A stretch of DNA of 64,000 nt from an uncultured Gaiellaceae bacterium (lineage in GTDB: Bacteria > Actinomycetota > Thermoleophilia > Gaiellales > Gaiellaceae), in the NCBI GenBank assembly GCA_963707575.1, contig OY970171.1, positions 290,743 to 354,742 of the forward strand, given 5' to 3'. Both the position numbers and the translations under genes were made by a program. Shown here in pieces: positions 1-11,734 of this stretch. Under the pieces are notes generated by a model that searched no databases, was not told the DNA's origin, and worked only from the letters and a program-made list of their open reading frames with translations. Each line of letters starts with the position of its first letter. Position 1 is the stretch's first letter.

Positions 1-1439
1 CCTCCCCGCCCACGCCCACCCTCGCTCCCGGCATCGTCCCCGGCGGCCACGTGATCGAGGTCACCGCTCACTGGGCGCTCGCCGGCACCCCGGTGACCGC
101 GTTTGCGGCACCGCTCGACATCACGATCCCGAATCCGGGTGGCGCGTTCGTCTCGCCGTCCACCTCGGACGACGGGATCACGTGGCGATCGCTCGCGCGT
201 CTCAACGGATCGACGCTGCCGGCCGGCCAGTCCGACGGCTACTACGTCGCCGGCGGCAACGTCCACGTGCTGACCCGCCACCTCAGCTTCTTCGCACTGA
301 TGCTCGACGACGAGGCGCCTACGCCCCCGATCCACATCGCCGGCGTCGTCGCCGATGACGGCCTGACCATCCGCTGGCTCCCCGGCACCGACTCGAGCGG
401 CCACCTCGGCAACGTCATCCTCGTCGTCAACGGCGGCGAGTATCGCCAGTTCGGCCCGACCGAGTACGAGGCGAAGCTCGGCCCGATCGAGCCGGGCGAC
501 ACGCGCCGGTTCCAACTCCTGCAGCTGGACGGAGCCGGCAACAAGAGCATCCTGACCCCCGTCCTGCGCGCGGTTCCGAGCGTCACCGGGCTCGGCGTCG
601 ACGCTGCCCGCGCCGCGCTCGCCGAGCGGGGCTTCCGGCTCGGCCAGGTGCGCGAGGAGATCGTGCCCACCGTCGCCGCAGGCACCGTCGTGGCGCCGGC
701 CGCGCTCACGATGGCGGTCGAGTCGAGCGCGATCGACCTGGTCGTCGCTCGCGGCACCGCCGCCGCCCGGACGAAGTTCGTGCTCCAGGTCGCGAGCGCG
801 CCGACGGTGACGCTGCAGAAGCGCACCAGTCTCGCCGCCCGCGTGAAGGTGACGCGTCCGGCGCAGCTGACCGCAACGCTGTACTCCCCGGCCAAGAAGC
901 GCGTCTCCACCTGGAAGCGGAACGTGAAGGCGGGCAGCACCATCGTCAGGCTCCAGCTGCCGGCGCGGATCAAGCGCCCCGGGACGTACCGCGTCGTCTG
1001 GGTCGCCCGCTCCGGGGCCGAGACGATCCGCCGGACGGTCAACATCCGCCTCGCGGCGCCGAAGCCCCTGAAGCCGCGCTCCCAGCAGCAGAAGGTGGAC
1101 GTCGTGTTCGCGGGCGAGCGCGCCGCGCTCGACTCGATCGCCGCCCAGCTCGCCGGGACGAGGGCGCGTGCCCTCGCGAGGACCGACGACGACGGGACCT
1201 TCGCGCTCGCCTCCTCCCGCTCGCGCAACATCGGGGTAGCGGTCGTGGACGTCGACGACTACGGCGTCGGCGTCGTCCGCGATCTCGGCATCGTCTTCCC
1301 GCGGCTGCAGCTGATCGGGATCGCACGTGACCCGGGCACACGCCAGCGTGCCGTGCGCGCCGGGGCCGTGCTCGCCCTGCCGCGCAGCACCCCTGCGGCG
1401 AAGGCTGCGCGGGCGATCGCGCGCATCGCCGGGCGCTAG
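1..1439 (+). CDS. 3' part of a gene for a large secreted/surface protein with a PASTA-like module (5' end lies upstream of the window)
   Basis: The frame of track ORF 51..1439 stays open back to base 3, so the GTG at 51 is probably internal. The segment VPSVTGLGVDAARAALAERGFRLGQVREEIVPTVAAGTVV...IDLVVARG resembles a PASTA fold. Strong GC3 coding bias. Confidence 0.55.
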   Translation, partial: SPPTPTLAPGIVPGGHVIEVTAHWALAGTPVTAFAAPLDITIPNPGGAFVSPSTSDDGITWRSLARLNGSTLPAGQSDGYYVAGGNVHVLTRHLSFFALMLDDEAPTPPIHIAGVVADDGLTIRWLPGTDSSGHLGNVILVVNGGEYRQFGPTEYEAKLGPIEPGDTRRFQLLQLDGAGNKSILTPVLRAVPSVTGLGVDAARAALAERGFRLGQVREEIVPTVAAGTVVAPAALTMAVESSAIDLVVARGTAAARTKFVLQVASAPTVTLQKRTSLAARVKVTRPAQLTATLYSPAKKRVSTWKRNVKAGSTIVRLQLPARIKRPGTYRVVWVARSGAETIRRTVNIRLAAPKPLKPRSQQQKVDVVFAGERAALDSIAAQLAGTRARALARTDDDGTFALASSRSRNIGVAVVDVDDYGVGVVRDLGIVFPRLQLIGIARDPGTRQRAVRAGAVLALPRSTPAAKAARAIARIAGR

Positions 1440-2179
1440 AGAACGGCCTGCAGCGCGAAGGCGAGCCCGACGGCGACGAGCGTCGCCCCGAGCGCGAGCC
1501 GTAGCGTGCGCTCGGAGACGACGCCGGTCCAGCGCGCGCCCAACCAGCCGCCCGGGATCGCACCGGCGAGGCCCGCCGCCAGGATGCCCCACTCGAGCTC
1601 GAGAGCCGAAGCGTGCGCCGCGAACCCGGCGACTCCCAGCAGGAAGCCGACGACGAGGTTCGTCCCGGCCGCCCGTCGCACATCGAGCCCGACGGAGCGC
1701 ACGAGAGCGGGCATGCGCAGCGTGCCCAGGATCACGCCGACGGCGCCGCCGATCGCGCCGATCGCCCCGCCGGCGACGACGGCCGGCGCCAGCCTGGGCC
1801 GCTCCCGCGTCCGCGCCGCGATCGGCCGGAGGGCGAGATCGATCCCGCTCCAGACGAGCACGGCCGCGATCACGGCGTAGAGGAGCCGCTCCGAGACGTC
1901 ATCCGCGAGCAGTGCACCGACCACTGCGCCGACGATCGACGGCGGCGCCATCCAGGCTACGACCCGCCAGTCGACCCGGCCCTCACGGATGTGGCGCAGG
2001 CTGCCCGCGCCGGCCGCTGCCGCGGAGATCGCGATGTTCGTGCCCGCCGCCGCGAGCGGGCTGCCGGACGCGAGCACGATCAGCGGCAGCCGCAGGGTGC
2101 CGAGCACGAGCCCCAGGGCGGAACCGAAGTAGCCCGCGACGAACGAGCCGACGAAAGCGAGCAGGAGTGACCAGATCAC
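1436..2179 (-). CDS. TauE/SafE (DUF81) family anion/sulfite exporter-like membrane protein
   Basis: 247-aa polytopic Gly/Ala-rich membrane protein. It has the two-halves architecture and length typical of the TauE/SafE family. Confidence 0.75.
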   Translation of the reverse strand: MIWSLLLAFVGSFVAGYFGSALGLVLGTLRLPLIVLASGSPLAAAGTNIAISAAAAGAGSLRHIREGRVDWRVVAWMAPPSIVGAVVGALLADDVSERLLYAVIAAVLVWSGIDLALRPIAARTRERPRLAPAVVAGGAIGAIGGAVGVILGTLRMPALVRSVGLDVRRAAGTNLVVGFLLGVAGFAAHASALELEWGILAAGLAGAIPGGWLGARWTGVVSERTLRLALGATLVAVGLAFALQAVL

Positions 2180-2200
2180 CGTCTCACCTCGCGTTCCTGG

Positions 2201-2277
2201 CGCGTCGCTCGCAGTGCGTAGGCCGGGGTCACAGTATGGGAATACGGGGCGCCGGCTGGAGCACTGCGAGCGACGCG
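2201..2277. repeat. 17-bp perfect inverted repeat flanking a 43-nt lower-GC core, between the pduO-type gene and the tauE-like gene
   Basis: CGCGTCGCTCGCAGTGC (2201..2217) and its exact reverse complement GCACTGCGAGCGACGCG (2261..2277). The core contains CACAGTATGGGAATAC. Confidence 0.7.
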
Positions 2278-2338
2278 AGGCGTCGCCGGAGGCCGGCTCG
2301 GCCGGCCGGGAGGCGGCGCCGGCCAGGGGCGCGAGGCG

Positions 2339-2913
2339 CTAGCGCGAGCTTCCAGGCTTCCAGAGCGGTTCCTCACGACCCGCGCCGGCGTTCGCCGCCC
2401 GCGCGAGGATGAAGAGCAGGTCGGAGAGCCGATTCAAGTAGCGCAGCACGAGCGGGTTCAACTCGAGCTCCTGCGAGGCCACGAGCGCGTCGCGCTCCGC
2501 GCGCCGGCAGAGCGTGCGGGCGACGTGAAGCCGTGCCGCCGCCTCGCTGCCACCGGGGAGCACGAAGCTGCGCAGCTCGGGGAGATCGGCATTGAAGCGG
2601 TCGCACAGCCGCTCGAGCTCGTCGATCATCCCCTGCTCGACCCGGAGCCGGTCGGTGACGCCCCACGGCACCGAGAGGTCGGCGCCGACGTCGAAGAGCT
2701 CGTTCTGGACGCGCTCGAGCGGCGGCCGCAGCTCGGACGGCACGTCGCCGGCGAGCACGACCCCGAGGGCGGAGTTCAGCTCGTCGACCGTCCCGAACGC
2801 GCCGATCCGGCAGTCGAGCTTGGAGACGCGGGAGCCGTCGCCGAGCGACGTCTCGCCCGCGTCGCCGCCGCGGGTGTAGATCCGGGTCAGGCGGACCGGC
2901 TCGTCCCGCGCCC

Positions 2914-2917
<4 letters not shown>
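2339..2917 (-). CDS. PduO-type ATP:cob(I)alamin adenosyltransferase
   Basis: 192 aa from ATG 2917. Motifs present: RIYTRGGDAGETSL, GTVDELNSALG, ELFDVGADL, FVLPGGSEAAARLHVARTLCRRAER. ATGA overlap with the stop of the upstream acyl-CoA dehydrogenase. The rest of the 549-aa track ORF is an out-of-frame artefact. Confidence 0.85.
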
Positions 2918-4077
<1,160 letters not shown>

Positions 4078-4111
4078 GCCGCGCGAGTCTATCGACGGGG
4101 TGAGGCTGCGA

Positions 4112-5179
4112 CTACGCGGCGGCGAGGAAGTCGCGGCGGATCTCGTGCAGGACGTGCTCGCGGTCGCGGAACGCGTCGACGACCTGCGGGTCGAACTGCT
4201 TGCCCGACTCGGCGATGATCACCTTGTGCGCGACGCGCCAGCTCTGCGCGCCGCGGTACGGGCGGTGACTCGTGATCGCGTCGAGCGCGTCGGCGACCGC
4301 GAAGATGCGGGCGCCGAGCGGGATCTCGTCGCCGACGAGGCCGTCGGGATAGCCGGCGCCGTCCCACCGCTCGTGGTGGGAGCGGACGATCTCCACGCCG
4401 GGACCCTGCAGGAACGCAACTCCGCCGAGCATCTGCGCCCCGAGCACGGTGTGCTTCTGCATCAGCCGCCACTCCTGCTCGTTGAGCGCGCTCGGCTTGC
4501 GCAGGATCTGGTCGGGGATGCCGATCTTCCCGATGTCGTGGAGCAGGAACCCGTACTCGACCGACGGGTGTCCTGCGACGATCGGGTCGAGCGCGCGCGC
4601 GAGCTCCATCGCGTAGAGCTGCACGCGCTGCGAGTGCTGCCGGGTGCCGGTGTCCTTCGTCTCGAGCGCGCTGGCGAGCGCCGACACCGTGTCGTGGTAC
4701 GCGCGCTCGAGCAACGCCCGCTGCCCCCGCTCCAGCTCCACGAGGTCGCGCAGATCGCGCGCGTAGAGCAGCAGCTGCTCCTCCTCCGAGCGTCCGCGCG
4801 GCTTGCGCATCGGCACGCCCACCCTGCCTCCCGCGAGCCGCTCCACGACGGCGAGCAGCTCGAGCGGCCGGAACGGCTTCAGCAAGAGCGCGTCCGCACC
4901 GGCGGCGCCGGCCACGTCCTCCACGTCGTCGAGCCCCGTCAGCAGGACGATGCGGATGTCGCGCGTGGCCGGGCTGGCTTTGAGCTCGCGGCAGAACGCG
5001 ATCCCGTCGATCCCGGGCATCCCGACGTCCAGCACGATCACCTCAGGTGCGGACTGCTCGATCAGCTCGGCGGCTTCTGCGGCGCCACCGGCCTCCTCCA
5101 CGTCGACGTCGACGGCCTCGAACGTCGTCCGGAGCAGAGCCCGGAATCTCGCATCGTCGTCTACCAGCAATAGGCGCAT
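4112..5179 (-). CDS. response regulator with HD-GYP (c-di-GMP phosphodiesterase-type) output domain
   Basis: REC domain (MRLLLVDDD...VLDVGMPGIDG) followed by HD-GYP (HDIGKIGIP...HHERWDGAGYPDGL). Start placed at ATG 5179, preceded by GGGGGGA. The track ORF start at 5269 adds a non-conserved leader. Confidence 0.85.
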   Translation of the reverse strand: MRLLLVDDDARFRALLRTTFEAVDVDVEEAGGAAEAAELIEQSAPEVIVLDVGMPGIDGIAFCRELKASPATRDIRIVLLTGLDDVEDVAGAAGADALLLKPFRPLELLAVVERLAGGRVGVPMRKPRGRSEEEQLLLYARDLRDLVELERGQRALLERAYHDTVSALASALETKDTGTRQHSQRVQLYAMELARALDPIVAGHPSVEYGFLLHDIGKIGIPDQILRKPSALNEQEWRLMQKHTVLGAQMLGGVAFLQGPGVEIVRSHHERWDGAGYPDGLVGDEIPLGARIFAVADALDAITSHRPYRGAQSWRVAHKVIIAESGKQFDPQVVDAFRDREHVLHEIRRDFLAAA

Positions 5180-5246
5180 CGTTCCCCCCGGATCTTGTGC
5201 CTTTGCTTCCGCTATCGGCCGACTAGGACCGAAGCTTGAGGAGGAC

Positions 5247-6230
5247 CTACCCCGATCGGGGGGTGCCACGCATCCGGCGCACCGAGCGCGGTGCCCGCCG
5301 GCGTGCCGTCCGCTCGATCCCGCTCGGCGTGAGCAGCCGGCGCAGGCGCCTCGGCGAGAGCTCCGCGCACAGCACCGCGGACGCCGCGGGGCCGCGCTCG
5401 CCGTAGCGGAGGCCCTCGCTCGTGAGTTCCGGCGAGGCGCGCCAGCCCTCCTCCGTGAGCTCGTACACCTCCTGCTCCTCGACGAAGAAGCCGGCCCGCG
5501 TGAAGAGACGCGTCCAGCCGCGGACGTCGTCCTGCCGGAACCAGCCGTAGTTCTCCGGCTCGCCGCACGGCACGGTGATCAGCAGCCGGCCGGCCGGAAC
5601 GAGGACGCGGCGAAGCTCACGCAGCGCCGTCAGCTGGGACGCGGCGTCGTCCTCGGCGCCCAAGCCGTAGCCCGTGTTGTCCGCACCGACGTGCTCGAGA
5701 GTCGAGACGCAGAGGACGAGCTCGAAGGCGCGGTCGTCGAAGGGGAGATCGCGCACATCCGCCTGGACCGTCGTCATCCCCGGCACGTCCGCAGTGGCGA
5801 GGTCGACCCCGGCCAGCTCGTCGAAGCCGGCGCGCAGGAGCGCACCGAGATACGGCGGCTCCGCGAAGGCGTAGCCGACCTCGAGCGCCCGTCCCTTCGG
5901 CAGCCGGGCGAGCACCCACGGGAGCTCGATCACGCGCTCGTCCGTATCCGGTGGGCCCTGCAGCCAGCGCGGACGGTCCCCGCGCTCGCGGGCGCCGCGG
6001 GCGAACGCGACGCCGTCGTCGAGCAACCGCACGCGCTCGGCCTCCTGCGCAGTCGCCAGCTCGTGGAGGAGCGTCGTCCGCGAGAGGGTCCCCTCGGCGA
6101 GCTTCGCCAGCGCCCGCTCGCGCGCCTCCTCGTCGGGCGGTCGGCGCAGGATCGAGCGAAACGCGGACTCGACGAACGCCGAGTCGTCTCCCTCCCCGCC
6201 CTCGAGCCAGGCGCGCAGGCGCTCGTCCAT
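5247..6230 (-). CDS. class I SAM-dependent methyltransferase with DUF4214-like N-terminal region
   Basis: C-terminal 327 aa of track ORF 5247..7163. Methyltransferase motifs: LEVGYA..., DLPFDDRAFELVLCVSTLEHV, LRELRRVLVPAGRLLITVP. Start ATG 6230 overlaps the hbd stop (TGATG). Confidence 0.7.
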   Translation of the reverse strand: MDERLRAWLEGGEGDDSAFVESAFRSILRRPPDEEARERALAKLAEGTLSRTTLLHELATAQEAERVRLLDDGVAFARGARERGDRPRWLQGPPDTDERVIELPWVLARLPKGRALEVGYAFAEPPYLGALLRAGFDELAGVDLATADVPGMTTVQADVRDLPFDDRAFELVLCVSTLEHVGADNTGYGLGAEDDAASQLTALRELRRVLVPAGRLLITVPCGEPENYGWFRQDDVRGWTRLFTRAGFFVEEQEVYELTEEGWRASPELTSEGLRYGERGPAASAVLCAELSPRRLRRLLTPSGIERTARRRAPRSVRRMRGTPRSG

Positions 6231-7063
6231 CAGGAGTAGTCGTGGAAGCCCCGACCGCTCTTTCGGCCGAGCCGCCCGGCGGCGACGTACTGGCGCAGCA
6301 GCGGACAGGGCGCGTACTTCGGGTTGCCGAGCCCCTCGTGCAGCACGTCCATGATCGCCACGCAGGTGTCCAGGCCGATCAGGTCGGCCAGCGCCAGCGG
6401 GCCCATGGGATGGGCGAAGCCGAGCTTCGCGATCGTGTCGATCGCCTCCGGCTCGGCCACCCCCTCGAGCACCGCGTACGCGGCCTCGTTGATGAACGGC
6501 ATCAGGATCCGGTTGGAGACGAAGCCGGGGAAGTCGTTCGCCTCGGCCGGCACCTTCCCGAGCTCCTCGGCGAGGCCGACGATCGCGGCGGCCGTCTCGT
6601 CCGAGGTCTGGACGGCCCTGATCACCTCCACCAGCTTCAACATCGGCACCGGGTTGAAGAAGTGCATCCCGATCACGCGCTCGGGACGTCCCGTGGCCGC
6701 AGCCAGCGAGGTGATCGGAATCGAGGACGTGTTCGAGGCGAGGATCGCCTCCGCGGGCAGGAGCTCGTCGGCGCGGCGGAAGAGCTCCTCCTTCACGGCT
6801 GCGTCCTCGACCACCGCCTCGATCATCAGGTCGGCGACGACGAGGTCGTCGGCAGTGTCGATCCGCGCCAGCACCTCGTCGGGATCGGCCCCGCCCTTGT
6901 CGGCCAGCCGCTCGAGACTCCTGCGGATCCCGGCGAGGCCGCGATCGACCGCGCCGGGAGCGGCGTCGTGGAGCGAGACCCGCCGGCCGGACCCGGCGAC
7001 GACCTGGGCGATCCCGGCGCCCATCTGACCTGCCCCGACGACAAGGACGTGCTCGAAGCGCAT
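6230..7063 (-). CDS. hbd: 3-hydroxybutyryl-CoA dehydrogenase
   Basis: Rossmann motif [14 protein letters not shown] at the N-terminus. Also [25 protein letters not shown] and [14 protein letters not shown]. Start moved to ATG 7063 ([12 protein letters not shown]). Confidence 0.9.
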   Translation of the reverse strand: MRFEHVLVVGAGQMGAGIAQVVAGSGRRVSLHDAAPGAVDRGLAGIRRSLERLADKGGADPDEVLARIDTADDLVVADLMIEAVVEDAAVKEELFRRADELLPAEAILASNTSSIPITSLAAATGRPERVIGMHFFNPVPMLKLVEVIRAVQTSDETAAAIVGLAEELGKVPAEANDFPGFVSNRILMPFINEAAYAVLEGVAEPEAIDTIAKLGFAHPMGPLALADLIGLDTCVAIMDVLHEGLGNPKYAPCPLLRQYVAAGRLGRKSGRGFHDYS

Positions 7064-7113
7064 ACTTCGAGCGTACCCCGGAACCCGACCGGCGGGCCCG
7101 GTGTAGCAGCCAC

Positions 7114-8286
7114 ATGAGGCGCCTCGTACCACTCCTCCTTCTCGCCGCCGTGCTCACGGCCACAGCCGGTGCGGCCGCGCCGCCGGACCGCGTGCTCGCG
7201 GTCGAATGGATGGGTGGCGGCGGTCAGCTGCGCTGGGTCTCGGCGCGCACGCTGCAGCCGGCCGGCGGGCCGGTCGTGAACCTCGGCGGCGCGCCGGCAA
7301 ACCTGATCGCAGTCTCGCCCGACGGCCGCACCGGCGCGATCGGCGGCGGGGAGAACGGGCGGCTGCGCCTGCTCGACCTGCGCCGGCCACGCAGCCTCGC
7401 CCTCCTGCGGGTCGGGGACGAGTTCGTGTTCGCTGGGATCTGGCCCGCGCGCGACCGGCTCGTCGTGCTGCTCGGCGGGATGGGCGCCGAAGTCGCCGTG
7501 GTCGACCCCACGGCGCGCCGCGTCGTCTCCCGCCGCACCTTGCGCGGCACGGCTCTGACCACGCTCGCGGCCGGCCGGCGCCTGCTCGCGCTGCTGGCCC
7601 CCCGGGACGCGATCGGAGCGGCGCGGCTGGCGGTGATCGACGCGCGCGGATCGGTGCGCACCGTCGCGCTGCCGGGAATCCAGGCGGGGTTCGCAGCGCC
7701 GCGCACGAGCGACGGCACGGGCAAGCAGGCGTCCCCCGGCCTCGCCGTCAGTCCTGACGGCAGCCGGGCGGCCGTCGTCTCACCCACCCGCGTCGTCGAC
7801 GTCGACCTCGAGACGCTGAAGGCGACGGGCACGCGGATCGCAGTCCGGACGACGTCCCGTGCGGAGAAGCGACTCGAAGGCTGGAGCCGAGCCGCCGTGT
7901 GGGCAGGCCGGGCCACGGTCGCCGTGACCGGATCGGCCGAGTCGTTCGTCGGCGATACGCGCCGCTACACGCCGACAGGCTTGAGCCTGGTGGACGTCCG
8001 CACGGGTGCGGCTCGCGTCCTCGACGGCTCGTCCACCCAGGTCACGCGGGTGGGGACGACGCTCGTCGGGCACGGCGGTGCAGCGATCACCGGCTACCGC
8101 CTGGACGGCTCGGTGCGCTTCGAGGTGCTCGACGACGACGGTGACTCGGGCTACCTCCAGCGGGCCGGCAGCTACCTGTACGTCGGCAGCGGCAACAGCA
8201 CGCGCTTCGTCGTCGTCGACGTCGAGACGGGCCGGATCGTCGGGCACGCCCGGACGACGAAGCCGACTGTCATCCTCGGGCCGTAG
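7114..8286 (+). CDS. secreted hypothetical protein (possible beta-propeller-like repeats)
   Basis: 390 aa. N-terminal signal peptide [22 protein letters not shown]. Repeated SPDG-type strands ([26 protein letters not shown]). Confidence 0.6.
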   Translation: MRRLVPLLLLAAVLTATAGAAAPPDRVLAVEWMGGGGQLRWVSARTLQPAGGPVVNLGGAPANLIAVSPDGRTGAIGGGENGRLRLLDLRRPRSLALLRVGDEFVFAGIWPARDRLVVLLGGMGAEVAVVDPTARRVVSRRTLRGTALTTLAAGRRLLALLAPRDAIGAARLAVIDARGSVRTVALPGIQAGFAAPRTSDGTGKQASPGLAVSPDGSRAAVVSPTRVVDVDLETLKATGTRIAVRTTSRAEKRLEGWSRAAVWAGRATVAVTGSAESFVGDTRRYTPTGLSLVDVRTGAARVLDGSSTQVTRVGTTLVGHGGAAITGYRLDGSVRFEVLDDDGDSGYLQRAGSYLYVGSGNSTRFVVVDVETGRIVGHARTTKPTVILGP

Positions 8287-8773
8287 CGCGGCGCGCGCGC
8301 AGCCGGCGCACGAGCAGGAGCAAACCGAGCGCGAGGACCGCCGTGCCGACGACGATCCCGCCCCAGTTGACGATCGGCTCCTCGGTCTCCTCCGCAGCGG
8401 CGATCAGCTCGCCGACGGCCATCTGGCCGCAGAGCCCTCCGATCCAGACGCCGCGGACCGTGTCGCGGCGGAGCAGGATGCCCGTCGCGTCGTCCCGCCG
8501 GAGCTCAAAACCGCAGGCGGCACCACCAAGCGGGCTGACGACCTCGACCCGCTCGTCCAGCTCGCCCTTGACGACGCTGTCGGCCGCGAAGACGTAGACG
8601 AGCTCGCGCTCGCCGTCGCGCGCAGGCGCCGGGCGCGTCTCCAGCAGTCGGCCGATGAAGGCTGCGTCGGCCGAGTCGAGCCGCTGCCGCGCAGGCACCG
8701 CGGCGCAGGTGCACGCGAGGGCGTCGCCCGCGAGAACGAGCGCGACGAGGCCGAAGGCGAGGAGCTTGCTCAG
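8270..8773 (-). CDS. membrane-anchored TIMP/NTR-like (netrin module) protein; probable non-canonical CTG start
   Basis: Track ORF 8270..8698 starts at a GTG. The same frame upstream is open and encodes SKLLAFGLVALVLAGDALA-CTCAAVP, a textbook signal peptide followed by a Cys-X-Cys N-terminus. The only start-like codon there is CTG 8773..8771, overlapping the thiolase TGA. C-terminal TM helix WGGIVVGTAVLALGLLLLV followed by RRLRARR. Confidence 0.55.
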   Translation of the reverse strand: MSKLLAFGLVALVLAGDALACTCAAVPARQRLDSADAAFIGRLLETRPAPARDGERELVYVFAADSVVKGELDERVEVVSPLGGAACGFELRRDDATGILLRRDTVRGVWIGGLCGQMAVGELIAAAEETEEPIVNWGGIVVGTAVLALGLLLLVRRLRARRATARG

Positions 8774-9921
8774 ACCTCGATCAGCAGGGCGTCGCCCTGA
8801 CCACCGCCGGAGCAGATCGCGGCGAGGCCGAGGCCGCCGCCGTTGCGGCGCAGCTCGTGCACCATCGTGCCGACGATCCGGCCGCCGCTCGCCCCGATCG
8901 GATGGCCGAGCGCGACCGCGCCGCCGTTCACGTTCACGATCTCCTCGTCGGCGCCGAGCAGCCGCGTCGAGTTGAGCGCGACCGACGAGAAGGCCTCGTT
9001 GATCTCCACGCGCTTGACGTCGGCGATCGTCTTGCCGGCCTTGTCGAAGGCGACGGCCGCGGCGTTCGCGGGCGTACGCACGAGGTACGCGAACTCGTCC
9101 GCGACGTAGCCCTGGGAGAGGATCGTCGCCAGCACCTCCAGCCCGCGGCGCTGCGCGAACGCCTCCGACGTGACGACGACGCAGGAAGCACCATCGTTGA
9201 CGCCGGGGGCGTTGCCGGCCGTCGTCGTCCCCTCGGGGTCGAAGACGGGCTTCAGCTTCGCCAGCGACTCGGCGGTCGTGTCGCGGCGGATGCCTTCATC
9301 CGCGGCCACGTCGCCCACCGCGACCAGCTCGTCGTCGTAACGCCCCTCGTCCTGTGCGGCCGCCGCCCGCTGGTGCGAGCGCAGCGCCCACGCGTCCTGC
9401 TCCTCGCGGCCAATCCCGAGCTCACGCGAGACCATCGAGTTGTGCTGGACCATGTGCATCGAGTCGTAGGCGTCCGTGAGCCCGTCGAAGATCATCGAGT
9501 CGACGAGCTCGCCGTTCCCGAGGCGGTAGCCGAAGCGGGCCTTCTGCAGCAGGTAGGGAGCGTTCGACATCGACTCCATGCCGCCCGTGACGACGACGTC
9601 GACGTCACCGGCGCGGATCATCGCGTCCGCGATCTGCACGGCGCGGATCGACGACGCGCACACCTTGTTGATCGTGTCGGCAGGCGTCTCCTTGGGCAGT
9701 CCGGCGCCGATCGCAGCCTGCCGCGCAGGCGCCTGGCCGGCTCCGCCCTGCAGCACCTGACCCATGATCACGTACTGCGGCTCGCCGACCTCGAGGCCGA
9801 TCCGGTCGAGCGCGGCCTTGATCACGATCGAGCCGAGCTCGGTCGCCTTGTGGCGTGCCAGGCCGCCCCCGAGCTTCCCGAACGGGGTGCGGACCGCACT
9901 GACGATGACGGAGCGGGACAT
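8770..9921 (-). CDS. acetyl-CoA C-acetyltransferase (thiolase II)
   Basis: 383 aa. Motifs: VRTPFGK, active-site NKVCASS, NVNGGAVALGHPIGASG, CSGGGQG. Confidence 0.92.
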   Translation of the reverse strand: MSRSVIVSAVRTPFGKLGGGLARHKATELGSIVIKAALDRIGLEVGEPQYVIMGQVLQGGAGQAPARQAAIGAGLPKETPADTINKVCASSIRAVQIADAMIRAGDVDVVVTGGMESMSNAPYLLQKARFGYRLGNGELVDSMIFDGLTDAYDSMHMVQHNSMVSRELGIGREEQDAWALRSHQRAAAAQDEGRYDDELVAVGDVAADEGIRRDTTAESLAKLKPVFDPEGTTTAGNAPGVNDGASCVVVTSEAFAQRRGLEVLATILSQGYVADEFAYLVRTPANAAAVAFDKAGKTIADVKRVEINEAFSSVALNSTRLLGADEEIVNVNGGAVALGHPIGASGGRIVGTMVHELRRNGGGLGLAAICSGGGQGDALLIEV

Positions 9922-9950
9922 GCGTTGAGCGTACCCTTCGGAGGGCGGCC

Positions 9951-11179
9951 ATGACTCGGACGACGCACATCCCCACCGACCTCCTCACCCCACTCGGGGC
10001 GTACCTCCGGCTGCGTGAGAGCGGCAGCGCGAGCTTCCTGCTCGAGTCGGTCGAGCACGGGCGACTCGGGCGGCACTCGTTCATCGGCGCCGGCTCGCGC
10101 CTCGTCTCCTTCGAGGAGGCAGAACAGCTCGACGAGCCGGTGGTGGGGTACCTCGCCTACGACCACGTCGCGACCCTGGAGCCGACGGTGCCGCTGCCCG
10201 CCGAGGGGGCCGGACTGCCCGAGAGCCGCTTCGTCGTCGCCGAGACGCTCGTCCGCTACGACCACGGCAGCGGCACGGCCGAGGTGCTCGCGGGCGACCC
10301 GGGCGCGATCGGAGCGCGACTCGAGCAGGAGCTTGTGTTCCAGGAACACAAGCTCCCCTCCGCGCCCGGCCCCGTGCGCCGCTTCCCCACCCAGGCGGCG
10401 TACGAAGCGGGGGTGCGCCGCATCCAGGAGCTGATCCGGGCCGGGGACGCCTTCCAGGTCGTGCTCTCGCAGCGCGCCGAGCGGCCGACCTCGGCGGGCG
10501 CGCTGGAGCTCTACCGCGCGCTCCGGCGCGTGAACCCGTCGCCCTATCTCTTCCTGCTCGAGCTGGACGGGCTCGCGCTCGTCGGCTCGTCACCCGAGAC
10601 CCTCGTCAAGTGCGAGGGCGGGCGTGCCAGCGTGAACCCGATCGCGGGCACGACCCATCCCGGCGAGGGCGACGCCGAGCGGCTGCTCGCCTCGGAGAAG
10701 GACCGCGCGGAGCACGTGATGCTCGTCGACCTCGGCCGCAACGACCTCTCTCGCGTCTGCGCGGCGGGCACCGTCCGCGTCGAGCGCTTCCTCGAGCCGG
10801 AGCGCTTCTCGCACGTGACCCACCTCGTCTCCGAGGTGGTGGGCGAGCTCCGGGAGGGGATCACGCCCTACGACCTGCTCCGGGCCTGCTTCCCGGCCGG
10901 GACCGTCTCCGGCGCGCCCAAGGTGCGGGCGATGCAGATCGTCTCCGAGCTGGAGGGCTACCGGCGCGGGCCGTACGCGGGCGCCGTGGGCTACGCGCTG
11001 CCGAACGGAACGCTCGACACGTGCATCGCGATCCGGACGATCGTGCTCCAGGACGGCGTCGCCCTCCTGCAAGCGGGCGCGGGGATCGTGGCAGACTCGG
11101 ATCCCGCTTCCGAGCACCGCGAGTGCTTGTCCAAGCTCGCTGCGCTCGAGGCGGCGATCGACCTGGCCGAGGAGGAGCT

Positions 11180-11189
<10 letters not shown>
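9951..11189 (+). CDS. trpE: anthranilate synthase component I
   Basis: 412 aa. SFLLESVE feedback motif, chorismate-binding core (GAPKVRAMQIVSELE, GPYAGAVGY, IAIRT). First gene of the trp operon. Confidence 0.9.

Positions 11190-11730
<541 letters not shown>

Positions 11731-11734
<4 letters not shown>

Noticed and set aside
1327-2412. Long Arg/Pro/Ala-rich ORFs overlapping or antisense to real genes. Examples: 1327..2412, 11557..13542, 13873..15405, 15868..18147, 29764..32364, 31710..35990, 37694..38992, 38397..39923 and 51018..53204 upstream of residue MRAVIAEDS.
   Set aside because: Their translations are low-complexity (R/P/A/G runs), as expected from stop-codon-poor alternative frames in very GC-rich DNA. 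In each case another frame carries a recognisable protein family.
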